A stretch of DNA of 64,000 nucleotides. Source: Eledone cirrhosa. Its lineage: Eukaryota. Position 1 is the first letter of the stretch, and each line of letters begins with the position of its first letter. A program made the position numbers and the translations under genes. Shown here one piece after another: positions 24,799-37,179 of the stretch. Under the pieces are notes generated by a model. It was not told the DNA's origin, made no database searches, and was given only the letters and a program-made list of their open reading frames with translations. The stretch lies in contig OZ024744.1 in the NCBI GenBank assembly GCA_964016885.1, positions 66,526,001-66,590,000 on the forward strand, in the 5' to 3' direction.

Positions 24799-25440
24799 TC
24801 ATCATCACCATTTTACGTCTGTTCTTCCATGCTAGCATGGGTTAGACGGGTTGTCCTGTTGTGGGCAGTGTCTGGTTGGCTGACTATGTCTTGCTCATAC
24901 GGGAACTGATTCTGGCTTGATTTCTACAGCTGGATGCCCTTCCTAACACCAACCTCATTTACAGTGAGTGTTGGGTGCTTATTTTCCATGGTGCCTACAC
25001 GTCCACTTTACAGTGTGGGCTGGGTGCTTTTTTGCCGAGGCATCTCCACGACCATTTTGCATTTGCAGTGGGGGTATATTATCTATATGCTTCAGCTTTG
25101 GCTTGTTCCTGTGAGGGGAGGGGGGGGGGGGGCAGGTCTTCTGTATTACTGCGTGACGCCAGAGGTCACGGTTATGTGTCATTGCCCTTGAGAGGTGCAA
25201 TTGGGTAACATCGGCCTTTATCACCTCATCCTAGGTCTTCTCGGGTTCCCCCACTCTGCGGCTTCCATCGACTTCTAGTGCTCTGCACCTTTTTGCATCC
25301 TTCATATGCATCACATGTCCATACCAACGCAACCTCCTCTCCTGCATGCAGCATTTGATTCCTCTTATGCTCAATCTCTCTCTCAATTCGTTTATACTTT
25401 GCTGTTCGCGATATTACTATTACACATCCATCAGAGCATG
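24799..25440 (-). mobile_element. RTE subfamily B 3' end (ORF end contiguous with 3' UTR and tail)
   Basis: LHLSRAMTHNRDLWRHAVIQKT, then UTR and (GAT)n. Confidence 0.85.
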
Positions 25441-25508
25441 CATATATATATATATATATATATTCATGCTCCGATGGATGTGTAATAGTAATATCGCGAA
25501 CGGCAAAG

Positions 25509-26101
25509 TATATATATATAAATTTAGTTTTCTGTATGTGTGTGTATGTGTGCATATCTGCTACAATTTTTAATGAGGGCTCATATATTCTAAACCATTC
25601 ATGCAATTTCTTTGAAATTTTTTACAGAACTTCTCCTTGCACAAAACCTGTACATGATCTACAAAGGCTTTCAAAAATCGATATTGGGGCCTTCGGAGGC
25701 ATTAAAAAATTTTCGGTTATTTGTGTCAATTTTCGTGATTAAGTAAGACAAGAGTTATCTTTCGTCAATACAATAGGAACTCATTTTTGATGTTGTCAAA
25801 AATTTTGTTGGGGGATTTTGATTATTTCAATTTGGCTCATTCGGACTTTACTTTACTCTTTGTACTTGAAACAAAAGGTTTTACTGTTGTCAAAAAGATG
25901 TATACCTAGACTGGATTTCTGTTACATGGGATAACGGGTGACACTGAGCTCACATATTAATTATTTCGCTGGAATAGTGCCTAAGGTTTTCATGTTTACA
26001 TAAAGTACGTTTTTTTCTATGTATTCAAATTTACTTTGTTTAGTTTAATGAGCTACATCGAAAGCTATTTGAACCGTCCAAAGGACGGGTACTTTAGCTA
26101 G
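25509..26101 (+). mobile_element. non-autonomous Helitron-like element
   Basis: 5' tatatatataaa plus (tg) microsatellite; 3' hairpin ccgtcc-aaa-ggacgg, then CTAG|T. Confidence 0.65.
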
Positions 26102-26321
26102 TATATATATAGAGAGAGAGAGCGCGAGAGATAGAGAGAGAGTCTGCAATGTTAAGACTGGGGAGACCACTAATCATGGGAAGATGCAGAGTGGGTATAG
26201 AGTAAAGTATAAACCTAGCTGTGATGCCAAGTGGTCAGGTTTATTCTTATATATATAAGTTGACGGGACTAGCATAGGTTTCACTGTTAGTACCGGTTGC
26301 ATCTCAGCACATTTATATATA

Positions 26322-26812
26322 TCATCATCATCATCATCAAGGTTTAGCGTCCGTGTTCCATGCTTGCATGGGTTTGGACGGGGGTTTTCCCACTTGAGGC
26401 AAGAGTGGTTGTCTTGCTCGCATAGGACTGTCTGGCGGGTTTTCTACAGCTGGATGCCCTTCCTAACACCAACCACATTTACAGTGTGGGGCTGGGAGGT
26501 TTTTACCGTGTTGCCTACACGGCCACATTACAGCGTGGACTGTCTGGCGGGTTTTCTAGAGCTGGATGCCCTTCCTAACACCAACCACATTTACAGTGTG
26601 CGGCTGGGAAGTTTTTACCGTGTTGCCTACACGGCCACATTTACAGCGTGGACTGTGTGTTTTTTTGTCGTGACACCTACACGATCTCATTTGTTTCGAC
26701 CTGGGTGTTGTGGCTAACATAACTTTACATTGAAAGGGGCGGTGTGGATGGGGTGGGGGTGGTGGGACGGGGGGGTGTTTTGATAGAGATGCCTACTGAC
26801 TGTAGTAGGTTT
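26322..26812 (-). mobile_element. RTE 3' UTR fragment (subfamily A) with internal duplication
   Basis: Matches 32140-32495; an approximately 113-bp block is duplicated. Confidence 0.85.
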
Positions 26813-26817
26813 ATATA

Positions 26818-27173
26818 TATAAAGAAAAAGAGATGAAATCGAAAATGCAACTGGAGTCTTATTTTTTTTAAAAATATATATATTTATTTGGTTCCTTTAC
26901 CGGTTTCGCAGTTCTTCTGCTTTTCAAAAGGTGAGTTGAGATGGAGGGTCTGTGGTTTTTGTCACATCTGTGAGAAAAACCACAGACCCTCCATCTCAAC
27001 TCACCTTTTGAAAAGCAGAAGAACTGCGAAACCGGTAAAGGAACCAAATAAATATATATATTTTTAAAAAAAATAAGACTCCAGTTGCATTTTCGATTTC
27101 ATCTCCTTTTCTTTATACTTTCACTCGTGTAGGGCACCTCGGTTATTTTTCAATTTGTAAAAAAAAACCTCAC

Positions 27174-27180
<7 letters not shown>
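26818..27180. mobile_element. Penelope-like fold-back with U3-A8 hammerhead
   Basis: Arms 26818-26966 / 26969-27117. Confidence 0.8.
27004..27041 (+). ncRNA. minimal type I hammerhead ribozyme, U3-A8 core variant
   Basis: cctt-TTGAAAA-gcag(aagaa)ctgc-GAAA-ccgg-TA-aagg. Confidence 0.7.
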
Positions 27181-27221
<41 letters not shown>

Positions 27222-27351
27222 ATACTTTGGCAGGGTTATGTTGCCAATAAGAAACACACGCACCAGTTGCTTTCACTTCAATTTGTTATAATAAATTTAT
27301 AAATTTCCGGTTGGTTGGTTGGTTCCACAACCAGATGGTTGTTTATATATT

Positions 27352-27394
27352 GTCAAAGTTCTTTCGTCACATATTCTGTGACCTCTTCAGTGAC
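27352..27394 (-). ncRNA. minimal type I hammerhead ribozyme downstream of PLE ORF
   Basis: Minus strand gtca-CTGAAGA-g-gtcaca(gaata)tgtgac-GAAA-gaac-TT-tgac. Confidence 0.6.
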
Positions 27395-27594
27395 TGGGGA
27401 TTCTTTTCTTTGTTTTTTGTGCCTCTCCTTTGTTCTGTCCTACGCCATCTTGTTTTTGTGTGTGTGTTGTGTGCTTAGTTTGTGCATGTGTTACATCCGG
27501 GTGTCTGTGTGTTTATATTCGTTTATTTATTTGTTTATTTACATGTTACTGGTTGGTTGTTTGTTCTATGTGCGTGTGTGTTTTCATTTTGTCC

Positions 27595-27843
27595 TTAATT
27601 GTAAGTTGTGATGTTGCTATTCCACTCATGTTTTCTATTTAATTTTGGTTGTAATTCATTTATGTTTATTGCCTCTGTGATTTGTCTAAACATTGCGTCT
27701 TTTCTGTGTGTAGATTCTATTTTTATTTCTATGTTCTCTAATTTACCCTTATGTTCTATTTTAGCATGTTGGTGCAGTATTGATGATTCTTTACTATCTT
27801 GAAGGTCTCGCCAGTGTTCATTTATCCATTCAACACACGTTTT
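27595..27843 (-). pseudogene. Penelope-like element GIY-YIG endonuclease, C-terminal half
   Basis: Manual translation: EWINEHWRDLQDSKESSILHQHAKIEHKGKLENIEIKIESTHRKDAMFRQITEAININELQPKLNRKHEW...*. It has the EH, S.L..H...H, RQI.EA..I and P.LN.K.EW motifs. Confidence 0.75.
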
Positions 27844-27884
27844 CAGATAAAGTGAAGAATCTTGCTAAACAAATTCAGAAAGGA

Positions 27885-27916
<32 letters not shown>

Positions 27917-27934
27917 TATATATTCTATTACATG

Positions 27935-28190
27935 ATAAACAGCACAATATAATTATTTCATTACCAAGTGCTTTAAGAAACTAAATGATTCTTGCAAGAA
28001 AACATCTACCTCGTTTGTCAGATAATTGTTTTGTCTGATGAACGATCAGGATGTTTTCTTGCAAGAATCAGCTAGAGTCTTGAAACCCTCAGTAATGAAA
28101 TAATTATATTGTGTTGTTTATTATGCAATTAAATAGCTCTGTACTATACATAGAGCACTCTTCTTTCCTTTACCTTTTCCATGGAAATGC
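27935..28190. repeat. diverged fold-back in (TA)n
   Basis: Arms about 27935-28024 / 28030-28122. Confidence 0.65.
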
Positions 28191-28219
28191 TCAACACACA
28201 CACACATATATATATACAT

Positions 28220-28420
28220 ACATCCTTTAAAAACCTCCATGCTTCCTGAAATTAGCCAACACTACACCTGATATCCCCCCTCCATACACATGCACACTTG
28301 TATATCATGACTCATACACTATTCACTTTCCTGACATTTGTACATTACTCTATGTACTATAAACGCACCTTTGATGAGTTGTAGTGCACCTGAGCACTGT
28401 ACACAATAATTTCATTATTA
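28220..28420 (+). mobile_element. CR1/L2-like LINE 3' end
   Basis: Matches the reverse of 46770-46985; ends gtgcacctgagcactgtacacaataatttc(att)n. Confidence 0.65.
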
Positions 28421-30416
28421 TATATATATACACATTCAGTATATAAGGATGCAATTCACTTCTAGCACTCAACATCATATTACTTCCTAAAAACAAGGAT
28501 GACGGAGTTTATTAGTAAAGTGAGAAATGTGAAGTTGAAGATATTAGGGTCATTTATTAATTGATAGATATCGTGATTTCTTCAGAGAGAGAAGGAGAGA
28601 AATAAATCAAAATTAAAAAAAAAATCTCAATCTCATTGTCCTGTAAAGAACTCAATGAAAGTAAACTTCGCAAAAAAAAACAAAAAAAAAAAAACATTCG
28701 AGAGCTCACTTATGCAAGACTATTACAAAAGACAATATTAATCATATACTGTAATACATATGACAAGGTATAAAAACAATGCAAATATAAAAATAATACT
28801 TACATTACTTAATATACCTAAATTAAACTTATACAGTTGTTTTGAATCTCACAGAAAAATTCCACAAACTGCCATGGTTAAAATAAACACGGTAGAATTA
28901 ATGGACTTGAAGACCCATACATAAATATAGACATACATACACACACATACACACACACGCACACACACGCACACACATATATACACATACACACACATAT
29001 ACACATTTTTATCATTGTATATATATATATACACACACATATATATATACATACATATATATATACATACACATATTTATGTATGTATACATATTCATAT
29101 ATATATATATATATATATAAATATTCATAAATGAATATAAGGCCTATGTTTATTTTTCTTTGAAACTATCGTATGTTGTCTGTTTATGTTGGAATTGTGC
29201 TGTGGAATTAGTATTTCTTACATTATTTTTCAACTATTTTTCTGAAGAATTCACTTTCACATTTGCTCACCATACATCATAAACATTTACAACGAGCGTT
29301 TGCAATACAAAAGAAAAATAGACAGGAAAATATAAGTAGGTAACGCATCTATATTTTATAGAATTCCCTACAAGAAGCCGACTAATCAATAAAGTAACAC
29401 CCATAGTAATGCACAATGTTAAAATATACATACACTACAAAACACACCAGTCACTGACAAAAATAATCACTTGAATGATCGTGTACAAATCCTATCTTCA
29501 AAATTTAAATTTTCATACACACATATATACATATGTATATGCATATATATATATTGATTAACAAATTATGCAATCCACACCTGATGTTGTTGCCAGGATC
29601 TTACATAACCAGACCATTGAAATATATATAATGTTTTTTGCAATAATAAAACTTTAAAGGAACATCACCAGTCCAGACCTCCTGTTATTTTAATCAAACC
29701 ACTATATAAGTATGTATATATATATATATACACACACACTCAGTTCCCGTCCCATCCTTGCAAGCAGGCAAAAGCGTAAAATGATGATGATATATATATA
29801 AATATATATATATATAAACACACAGACATATGCATGCACATATTTATACATATACACACAATTACATATATATATATACACACACATACACACATTACTT
29901 CCCATGCTTCCACACTTACATAAAAATCTCTTTATCTCTCCTGTAATTGTTTTGCTCTGCTTACCCTTTCCCCCAAGCTCTTCTGCCATTATTGTTCTCT
30001 CTCCCATTCAATATTTTTATTGACCATTTTGGTCATTTTATCTTCAATAAACAGAGTTAATGTTGAAAAGAAACTAACTCTATAGTTTTGATTGATACAA
30101 CATAACCATATAGGTGGTGGTGTCATAAAAAATTTTTAAATGTACCCAGTGCACTCTGTAAAGTGGATGCCAAATTAGTTGTTAATGTAGTGTCATTAAA
30201 ATTCATTAATCCTGTCGACAATGTTACTATCTATCTAGTGCAGATGCCATAATAAAATGCACCCAGTACACTCTGGACTGTCAAATGAGTAAATAATGTG
30301 GTGTCATCAAAACCCCTTAGACTTGCTGATAACATTACATTTTCCAAGAATCAAACTCACAACCACACAATTGTAAGCCCATTGCTCTAACTACTAAGCC
30401 ATGTGCATACACATAA

Positions 30417-30589
30417 ATAATTGTTTCTACTTCGGCACAAGGCCAGCAATTATCCCAGTGCATAACTGGTACTTTATTTTATAGACCCCGTAAGGATGAA
30501 AGGCAAAGCTAACCCCGGCAGGAATTGAACTCAGAACATACAGGGCAAATGCTGCAAAGCATGGCGCCCAACCCTCTACTGATACTGCA
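30417..30589 (-). mobile_element. SINE family 2
   Basis: Family sequence. Confidence 0.8.
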
Positions 30590-31171
30590 AATAATATAGT
30601 GTCATTAACCTCTTCAGTGTCATAGACAAGATAACTCATCCTAACATGTTTGAACTCTTTTCTAACAGTTCATAACTTCAGTTATGAAATCATTTCCAAC
30701 AGTTCATAACTTCAAAGCTAGATGGAGTTACTAGTTTATTGATGTGACGTTTGTCAATCATTCAGATATGTGTTGTTAATAAATGTTTGTTTTAAAAAAT
30801 AGTCATTTTACTAAAAAACAAAAAAACAAAAAACAAAAAACAAAAAACAACCAGCACAGCAACTGTAGTTGTGTAAAATATACACAGCAGTCAACAGGTT
30901 AAAATCCCTTAGTCATTCTTGACAACATTACATTCTCTCCAGTGCAGGTGTACACTCTGTAAAAAAAAAAAAAATGGCTGCTGCAAGGAAGAAGCACCAG
31001 CCACAGAAACAATGCCACAAATGGAATGAATGTACAAGCAAGATGTGGTAATCTAACCTGTCCGGGAATGTGCTTAATCCCGGATGGGAAAAAAATAAAC
31101 AAAAACTAAGACAGATCAACCATAGAAACCATAACCTATACAACCCTACCAGTATGAAAAGAGAATGTAAA

Positions 31172-31182
31172 ATGATGATGAC

Positions 31183-31214
<32 letters not shown>

Positions 31215-31310
31215 GGGTGATGACGATGGTGATGATGATGAGAATGATGATGATGATGACGACAATGATGATGATGATGATGGTGGTGATGACGATGATG
31301 GTGATGATGG

Positions 31311-31348
<38 letters not shown>

Positions 31349-31455
31349 GTGGTGGTGATGATGATGAGGATGGTGGTGATGATGACAATGATGATGATGA
31401 TGAATACGATGACAACGACGATGATGTCAACGACGACAGTAATGATGATGATGAT
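31172..31455. repeat. imperfect (GAT)n microsatellite
   Basis: Seen directly. Confidence 0.95.
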
Positions 31456-32137
31456 TATACATTTATGTATATATATATACACACAACAGTACAATGTCAC
31501 ATATGATGATGATGATGATTATATATTTATGTATATATATATATACACACAACAGTACAATGTCACATATGATGATGATGATGATTATATATTTATGTAT
31601 ATATATATATACACACAACAGTACAATGTCACATATGATGATGATGATTATATATTTATGTATATATATATACACAACAGTACAATGTCACATATGATGA
31701 TGATGATGATTATACATTTATGTATATATATATATATATATATACACAACAGTACAATGTCACATATGATGATGATGATGATTATATATTTATGTATATA
31801 TATATATATATACACACAACAGTACAATGTCACATATGATGATGATGATGATTATACATTTATGTATATATATATACACACAACAGTACAATGTCACATA
31901 TGATGATGATGATTATATATTTATGTATATATATATGTATATATATACACAACAGTACAATGTCACATATGATGATGATGATGATTATACATTTATGTAT
32001 ATATATATACACACAACAGTACAATGTCACATATGATGATGATGATTATATATTTATGGATATATATATATATATATACACACAACAGTACAATGTCACA
32101 TATGATGATGATGATGATTATATATTTATGTATATAT

Positions 32138-32139
<2 letters not shown>

Positions 32140-32168
<29 letters not shown>

Positions 32169-33801
32169 ACGTTTAACGTCCGTGTTCCGAGGCAAGAGTG
32201 ATTGTCTTGCTCGCATAGGACTGTCTGGCAGGTTTTCTACAGTTGGATGCCCTTCCTAACACCAACCACATTTACAGTGTGGGTCTGGGAGGTTTTTACC
32301 GTGTTACCTACATGGCCACATTTACAGCGTGGACTGTGTGTTTTTTTGTCGTGACACCTACACGATCTCATTTGTTTCGGCCTGGATGTTGTGGCACCAA
32401 CATAACTTTACATAGGAGGGGGTGGTGTGGATGGGGTGGGGGTGGTGGGACGGGTGTGTATTTTGTTAGAGATGCCTACTGGCTGTAGTAGGTTTTACTT
32501 TGTATTTAGGTAAGGCGGGTCTTCTCTATTACTGAGTACCGCCAAAGGTCTCGGTCCAGTGACATTGTCTTGGTGAGGTGTAAGTGTGTGAGGTCGGAGT
32601 TTATCAGCTCATCCCAGGTTTTTCTGGGTCTGCCTATTCCGTGGCTACCGTCTATCTTTATTGCCCTGCACTTTGTTATACAGCTATCGTCCTTCATGCG
32701 CATTACGTGACCATACCAACGTAGCCTTCTCTCGAGTAGACAACATCTGATCCCTCTTATTTCTAATTTTTTCCTTAGTTCGTTTATGCTTTGCCGTTCA
32801 CGTATATTACTATTACACATCCAGCGGAGCATGCAAGCTTCGTTCCTCTCTAGTCTGCGTATATCTTCTGCACACAATGCCCAGGTCTCACTGCCATGCA
32901 ACATTGCTGTTCGTATGCAGGCATCGTACAACCTGCCTTTCATTTTTAGGGAGAACCCTTTAGCGGCTAATAGTGGTATAAGCTCTCTGAACTTTTTCCA
33001 CCCAGTTCTGACTCTAGCTACTGTACTTTCAGAGCACCCTCCCCCACTGCTGATTTTGTCACCCAGGTAACGGAAGCTGTCCACTATTTCTATAGAACCC
33101 TCTGCGCAGCTGAAAGAGCTAGTATTTTGTGGGCACTTGCTGCTACTTATTGCACCAGAGCACCGGCCGCATGTAAAATCTATGTTCTTAGTTAGCTTAC
33201 CTGTGATACCACTACATCTTTTATGCACCCAAACTTTGCATTTGGGACACAAAATGGAGTTTCTACCTACGCCTTTCCTACACTCTGCGCATGGCCACTT
33301 CCCGGAGGGGACCACCGCCTTATTTTCTTTCTTCCAAAATAGAACTTTAGTCTTAGCCAGGTTAATTTTAAGGCCTTTTGATTCTAGGCCGTGCTTCCAT
33401 GTTTGGAATTTCTTCTCTAGCTCGGCCATTGATTCAGCTATGAGCGTTAGATCATCTACGTATAGGAGTTCCCATGGGCAGCCGGTCTTGAACTCCTCTG
33501 TTATAGCCTGAAGGGCAATAATAAATAGTAGGGGGCTAAGAACAGATCCCTGATGGACACCAACTTTTACACTAAACTCTTCACTATATTCGTTGTTAAT
33601 TCTAACCTTGCTGACTGTTTCTTTATACATGGCTTGTATAGCTCTCACAAGCCATTCATCAACACCTAGTTTTCTAAGAGCCCACCAGATAATGGAACGG
33701 GGGACTCTGTCGAAGGCCTTCACCAAGTCGACGAAAGCTAAGTATAGGGGTTTACTTTTAGCTAGGTACTTCTCCTGTAGTTGTCGTACAATGAAAAGAG
33801 C
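32140..33801 (-). mobile_element. RTE-clade LINE, 5'-truncated, open ORF remnant (32506-33801) + 3' UTR + (GAT)n
   Basis: Uninterrupted frame ALFIVRQLQEK...AFVDLVKAFDRVP...GVHQGSVLSPLLF...LLYVDDL...FRYLG...RRLRWYGHVMR. The 5' end of the called ORF is satellite read-through. Confidence 0.95.
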
Positions 33802-34477
33802 GTATATATATATATATATATACACACAACAGTACAATGTCACATATGATGATGATGATGATTATACATTTATGTATATATATATATATATATATACACA
33901 CAACAGTACAATGTCACATATGATGATGATGATGATGATTATATATTTATGTATATATATATATATACACAACAGTACAATGTCACATATGATGATGATG
34001 ATGATTATACATTTATGTATATATACACACACAACAGTACAATGTCACATATGATGATGATGATTATATATTTATGTATATATATATACACACAACAGTA
34101 CAATGTCACATATGATGATGATGATGATTATACATTTATGTATGTATATATACACACAACAGTACAATGTCACATATGATGATGATGATGATGATTATAT
34201 ATATATATATATACACAACAGTACAATGTCACATATGATGATGATGATGATTATACATTTATGTATATATATATATACACACAACAGTACAATGTCACAT
34301 ATGATGATGATGATGATTATATATATATATATATATACACAACAGTACAATGTCACATATGATGATGATGATGATTATACATTTATGTATATATATATAC
34401 ACACAACAGTACAATGTCACATATGATGATGATGATGATGATGATTATATATTTATGTATATTTATGTATATATATC

Positions 34478-34822
34478 ATGGAGGCACATGGCTTAGTGGT
34501 TAGAGCATTGGCCTTGCAATCGAAAGGTTGTGAGTTCAATTCTCAGACCGGGTGATGTGTTGTTTCCTTGAGCAAGACACTTTATTTCACATTGCTCCAG
34601 TTTACTGAGCTGTAGAAATGAGATGATAGGGACTGGGGTCTCTATCATTCCACTGCAAAGTGGTCGTGGAGGTGCCACGGCAAAAAAGCACCCAGCACTC
34701 ACTGTAAATGAGGTTGGTGTTAGGAAGGGCATCCAGCTGTAGAAATCAAGCCAGAATCTGTTCCCGTCCCACCCTTGCAAGCAGGGAAAAGCGGATGTAA
34801 AATGATGATGATGATGATGATG
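34478..34822 (+). mobile_element. SINE (tRNA + CORE-like + RTE tail)
   Basis: Near-copy of 18682-19010. Confidence 0.8.
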
Positions 34823-35002
34823 ATATATACACACAACAGTACAATGTCACATATGATGATGATGATGATGATTATATATTTCATCATCATCATCATCATC
34901 ACTGTTTTACATCCGTTCTTCCACGCTAGCATGGGTTAGACGGGTTGTCCTGTTGTGGGCAGTGTCTGGTCGGCTGACCATGCCTTGCTCATACAGGAAC
35001 TG

Positions 35003-35041
<39 letters not shown>

Positions 35042-35236
35042 ACAGTACAATGTCACATATGATGATGATGATGATTATATATTTATGTATATATATATAT
35101 ATATACACAACAGTACAATGTCACATATGATGATGATGATGATTATATATTTATGTATATATATATATATATACACACAACAGTACAATGTCACATATGA
35201 TGATGATGATGATTATATATTTATATATATATATAT

Positions 35237-35425
35237 AATTGTTTCTACTTTTGGCACAAGGCCAGCAAATTACCCAGTGCATGACTGGTACTTTATTTTA
35301 TCGACCCCGTAAGGATGAAAGGCAAAGTCAACCTTGGCGGGATTTGAACTCAGATCGTAAAGGGACGTAACTATGCTGGAAAGCATGGCGTCCGACCCTC
35401 TACCGATACTGCCAATCCACCGCCC
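35237..35425 (-). mobile_element. SINE family 2
   Basis: Full-length copy. Confidence 0.85.
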
Positions 35426-36241
35426 TATATATATATATAATAGGAACCAGTAAGACCCCGAACCAGTAAGACCCCTGAGCTCAAGCCGTTTCGACGGCTA
35501 ATTCTAAGAATTAGCCGTCGAAACGGCTTGAGCTCAGCCGTCGGGGTCTTACTGGTTCCTATTACCCACTCTACTACCTCAAGTATTGAGTACTTTGGTG
35601 CGTTATGGTCCACCTGGTTCCTTACCACATTTCCTTTGTTATATATATATATATATATACACACACGACAGTACAATGTCACATATGATGATGATGATGA
35701 TTATATATTTATATATATATATATATACACAACAGTACAATATCACATATGATGATGATTATATATTTATATATATATATATATATACACACACGACAGT
35801 ACAATGTCACATATGATGATGATGATGATTATATATTTATGTATATATATATATACACAACAGTACAATGTTACATATGATGATGATGATTATACATTTA
35901 TATATGTATATATATACACAACAGTACAATGTCACATATGATGATGATGATTATATATTTATGTATATATATACACACAACAGTACAATGTCACATATGA
36001 TGATGATGATGATTATACATTTATGTATATATATATAAATATATACACACACACGACAGTACAATGTCACATATGATGATGATGATGATTATACATTTAT
36101 GTATATATATATATATATACACACACACAACAGTACAATGTCACATATGATGATGATGATGATTATACATTTATGTACATATATATATATATATATACAC
36201 ACATGACAGTACAATGTCATATATGATGATGATTATACATT

Positions 36242-36297
<56 letters not shown>

Positions 36298-36546
36298 ACA
36301 GTACAGTGTCACATATGTATTACAATTAATTAAAACATTCGGATTATCTGAGATAATAAAGGCGACAGAGTTAAAGAAAAAATACATAGAAACTCCTTCT
36401 GAGGTGATCAAAATCTTTTTTTAAAAAAACTAAAAAAGAGAATCAAGGAGATCAGTTAATCAAAATTTTTGGAACATAAAAACAGCAGTGTATGTATATA
36501 TGTGTGTGTGTGAGTGTATGTATGTATGTATGTATGTATGTATGTA

Positions 36547-36585
<39 letters not shown>

Positions 36586-36619
36586 TTATGTATGAGCGTA
36601 TGTATGAACATATGTATGT

Positions 36620-37052
36620 ATGTTGTTTCAGCCCTCCTGCTGATTTACATTCTCTACGACATGCTTGGCAAGCATGATGAGTAGCATCTCCAACAGCAGC
36701 CTGGTAGTCAACCACTGATCTTACTTTATGACTGGGAAGATGACTTTCGAGTCCAGCTTTGCTTAGGTAGAGTCTCGCACAGATGCTGCATTTCAGCACC
36801 ATAGGAAGACCCTCGCCGTCTGGAAGTGCAACAGCAATGTCCTTCCTCACATCCCTCTTTACTTTCTCGTATGCGATTCGAGATGCCTCAAAGACAACTT
36901 TTCCCTCATATACAGTCTTTCTCCATGTACATGAACTCCAACCACAGCCGGCTATTCCCAGTGAATGTTTTGGTTGCCGACTCTGTGCAAGACATTTTAG
37001 ATCATTGGCTGGGCTAAAAAGCCACATTCGATCACAGCGTTGTTGATTGCTA
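36620..37052 (-). mobile_element. RTE/BovB-like C-terminal fragment with C2H2 fingers and an inverted segment
   Basis: Minus strand: CSICARLYLSKAGLESH, CQACRRECKSAGGLKQH. Plus strand 36960-37046: CRLCARHFRSLAGLKSH. Confidence 0.7.
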
Positions 37053-37179
37053 TCGTGTGTGTGTGTGTGTGTGTGTATAGGTGTGTTTGTGTGTGTGCAT
37101 GTGTGTGTACACATATGTATATTATTATTGCTGTTGTTGTCGTTATTATTATTGTTGTTATTATTATTATTATTATTCT

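Larger units (their letters stand above)
31455..36318. repeat. compound minisatellite (acaacagtacaatgtcacatat-(gat)n-tatatatttatg-(ta)n), about 50-75 bp units, interrupted by insertions
   Basis: Dozens of copies of the constant core, with variable microsatellite lengths. Confidence 0.95.

Noticed and set aside
28030-28115. Hammerhead in the 27935 fold-back
   Set aside because: CTGATGA and GAAA-taatta-TA are present, but the stem I strands are not complementary.
30928-32259. Poly-Met / poly-Ile / poly-Ser ORFs
   Set aside because: (GAT)n microsatellite and minisatellite read-through.
34478-34552. tRNA gene
   Set aside because: A/B boxes continue into a SINE body; no clean cloverleaf or terminator.
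31455-36318. CRISPR-like constant repeat with variable spacers
   Set aside because: The spacers are only length variants of (GAT)n/(TA)n.
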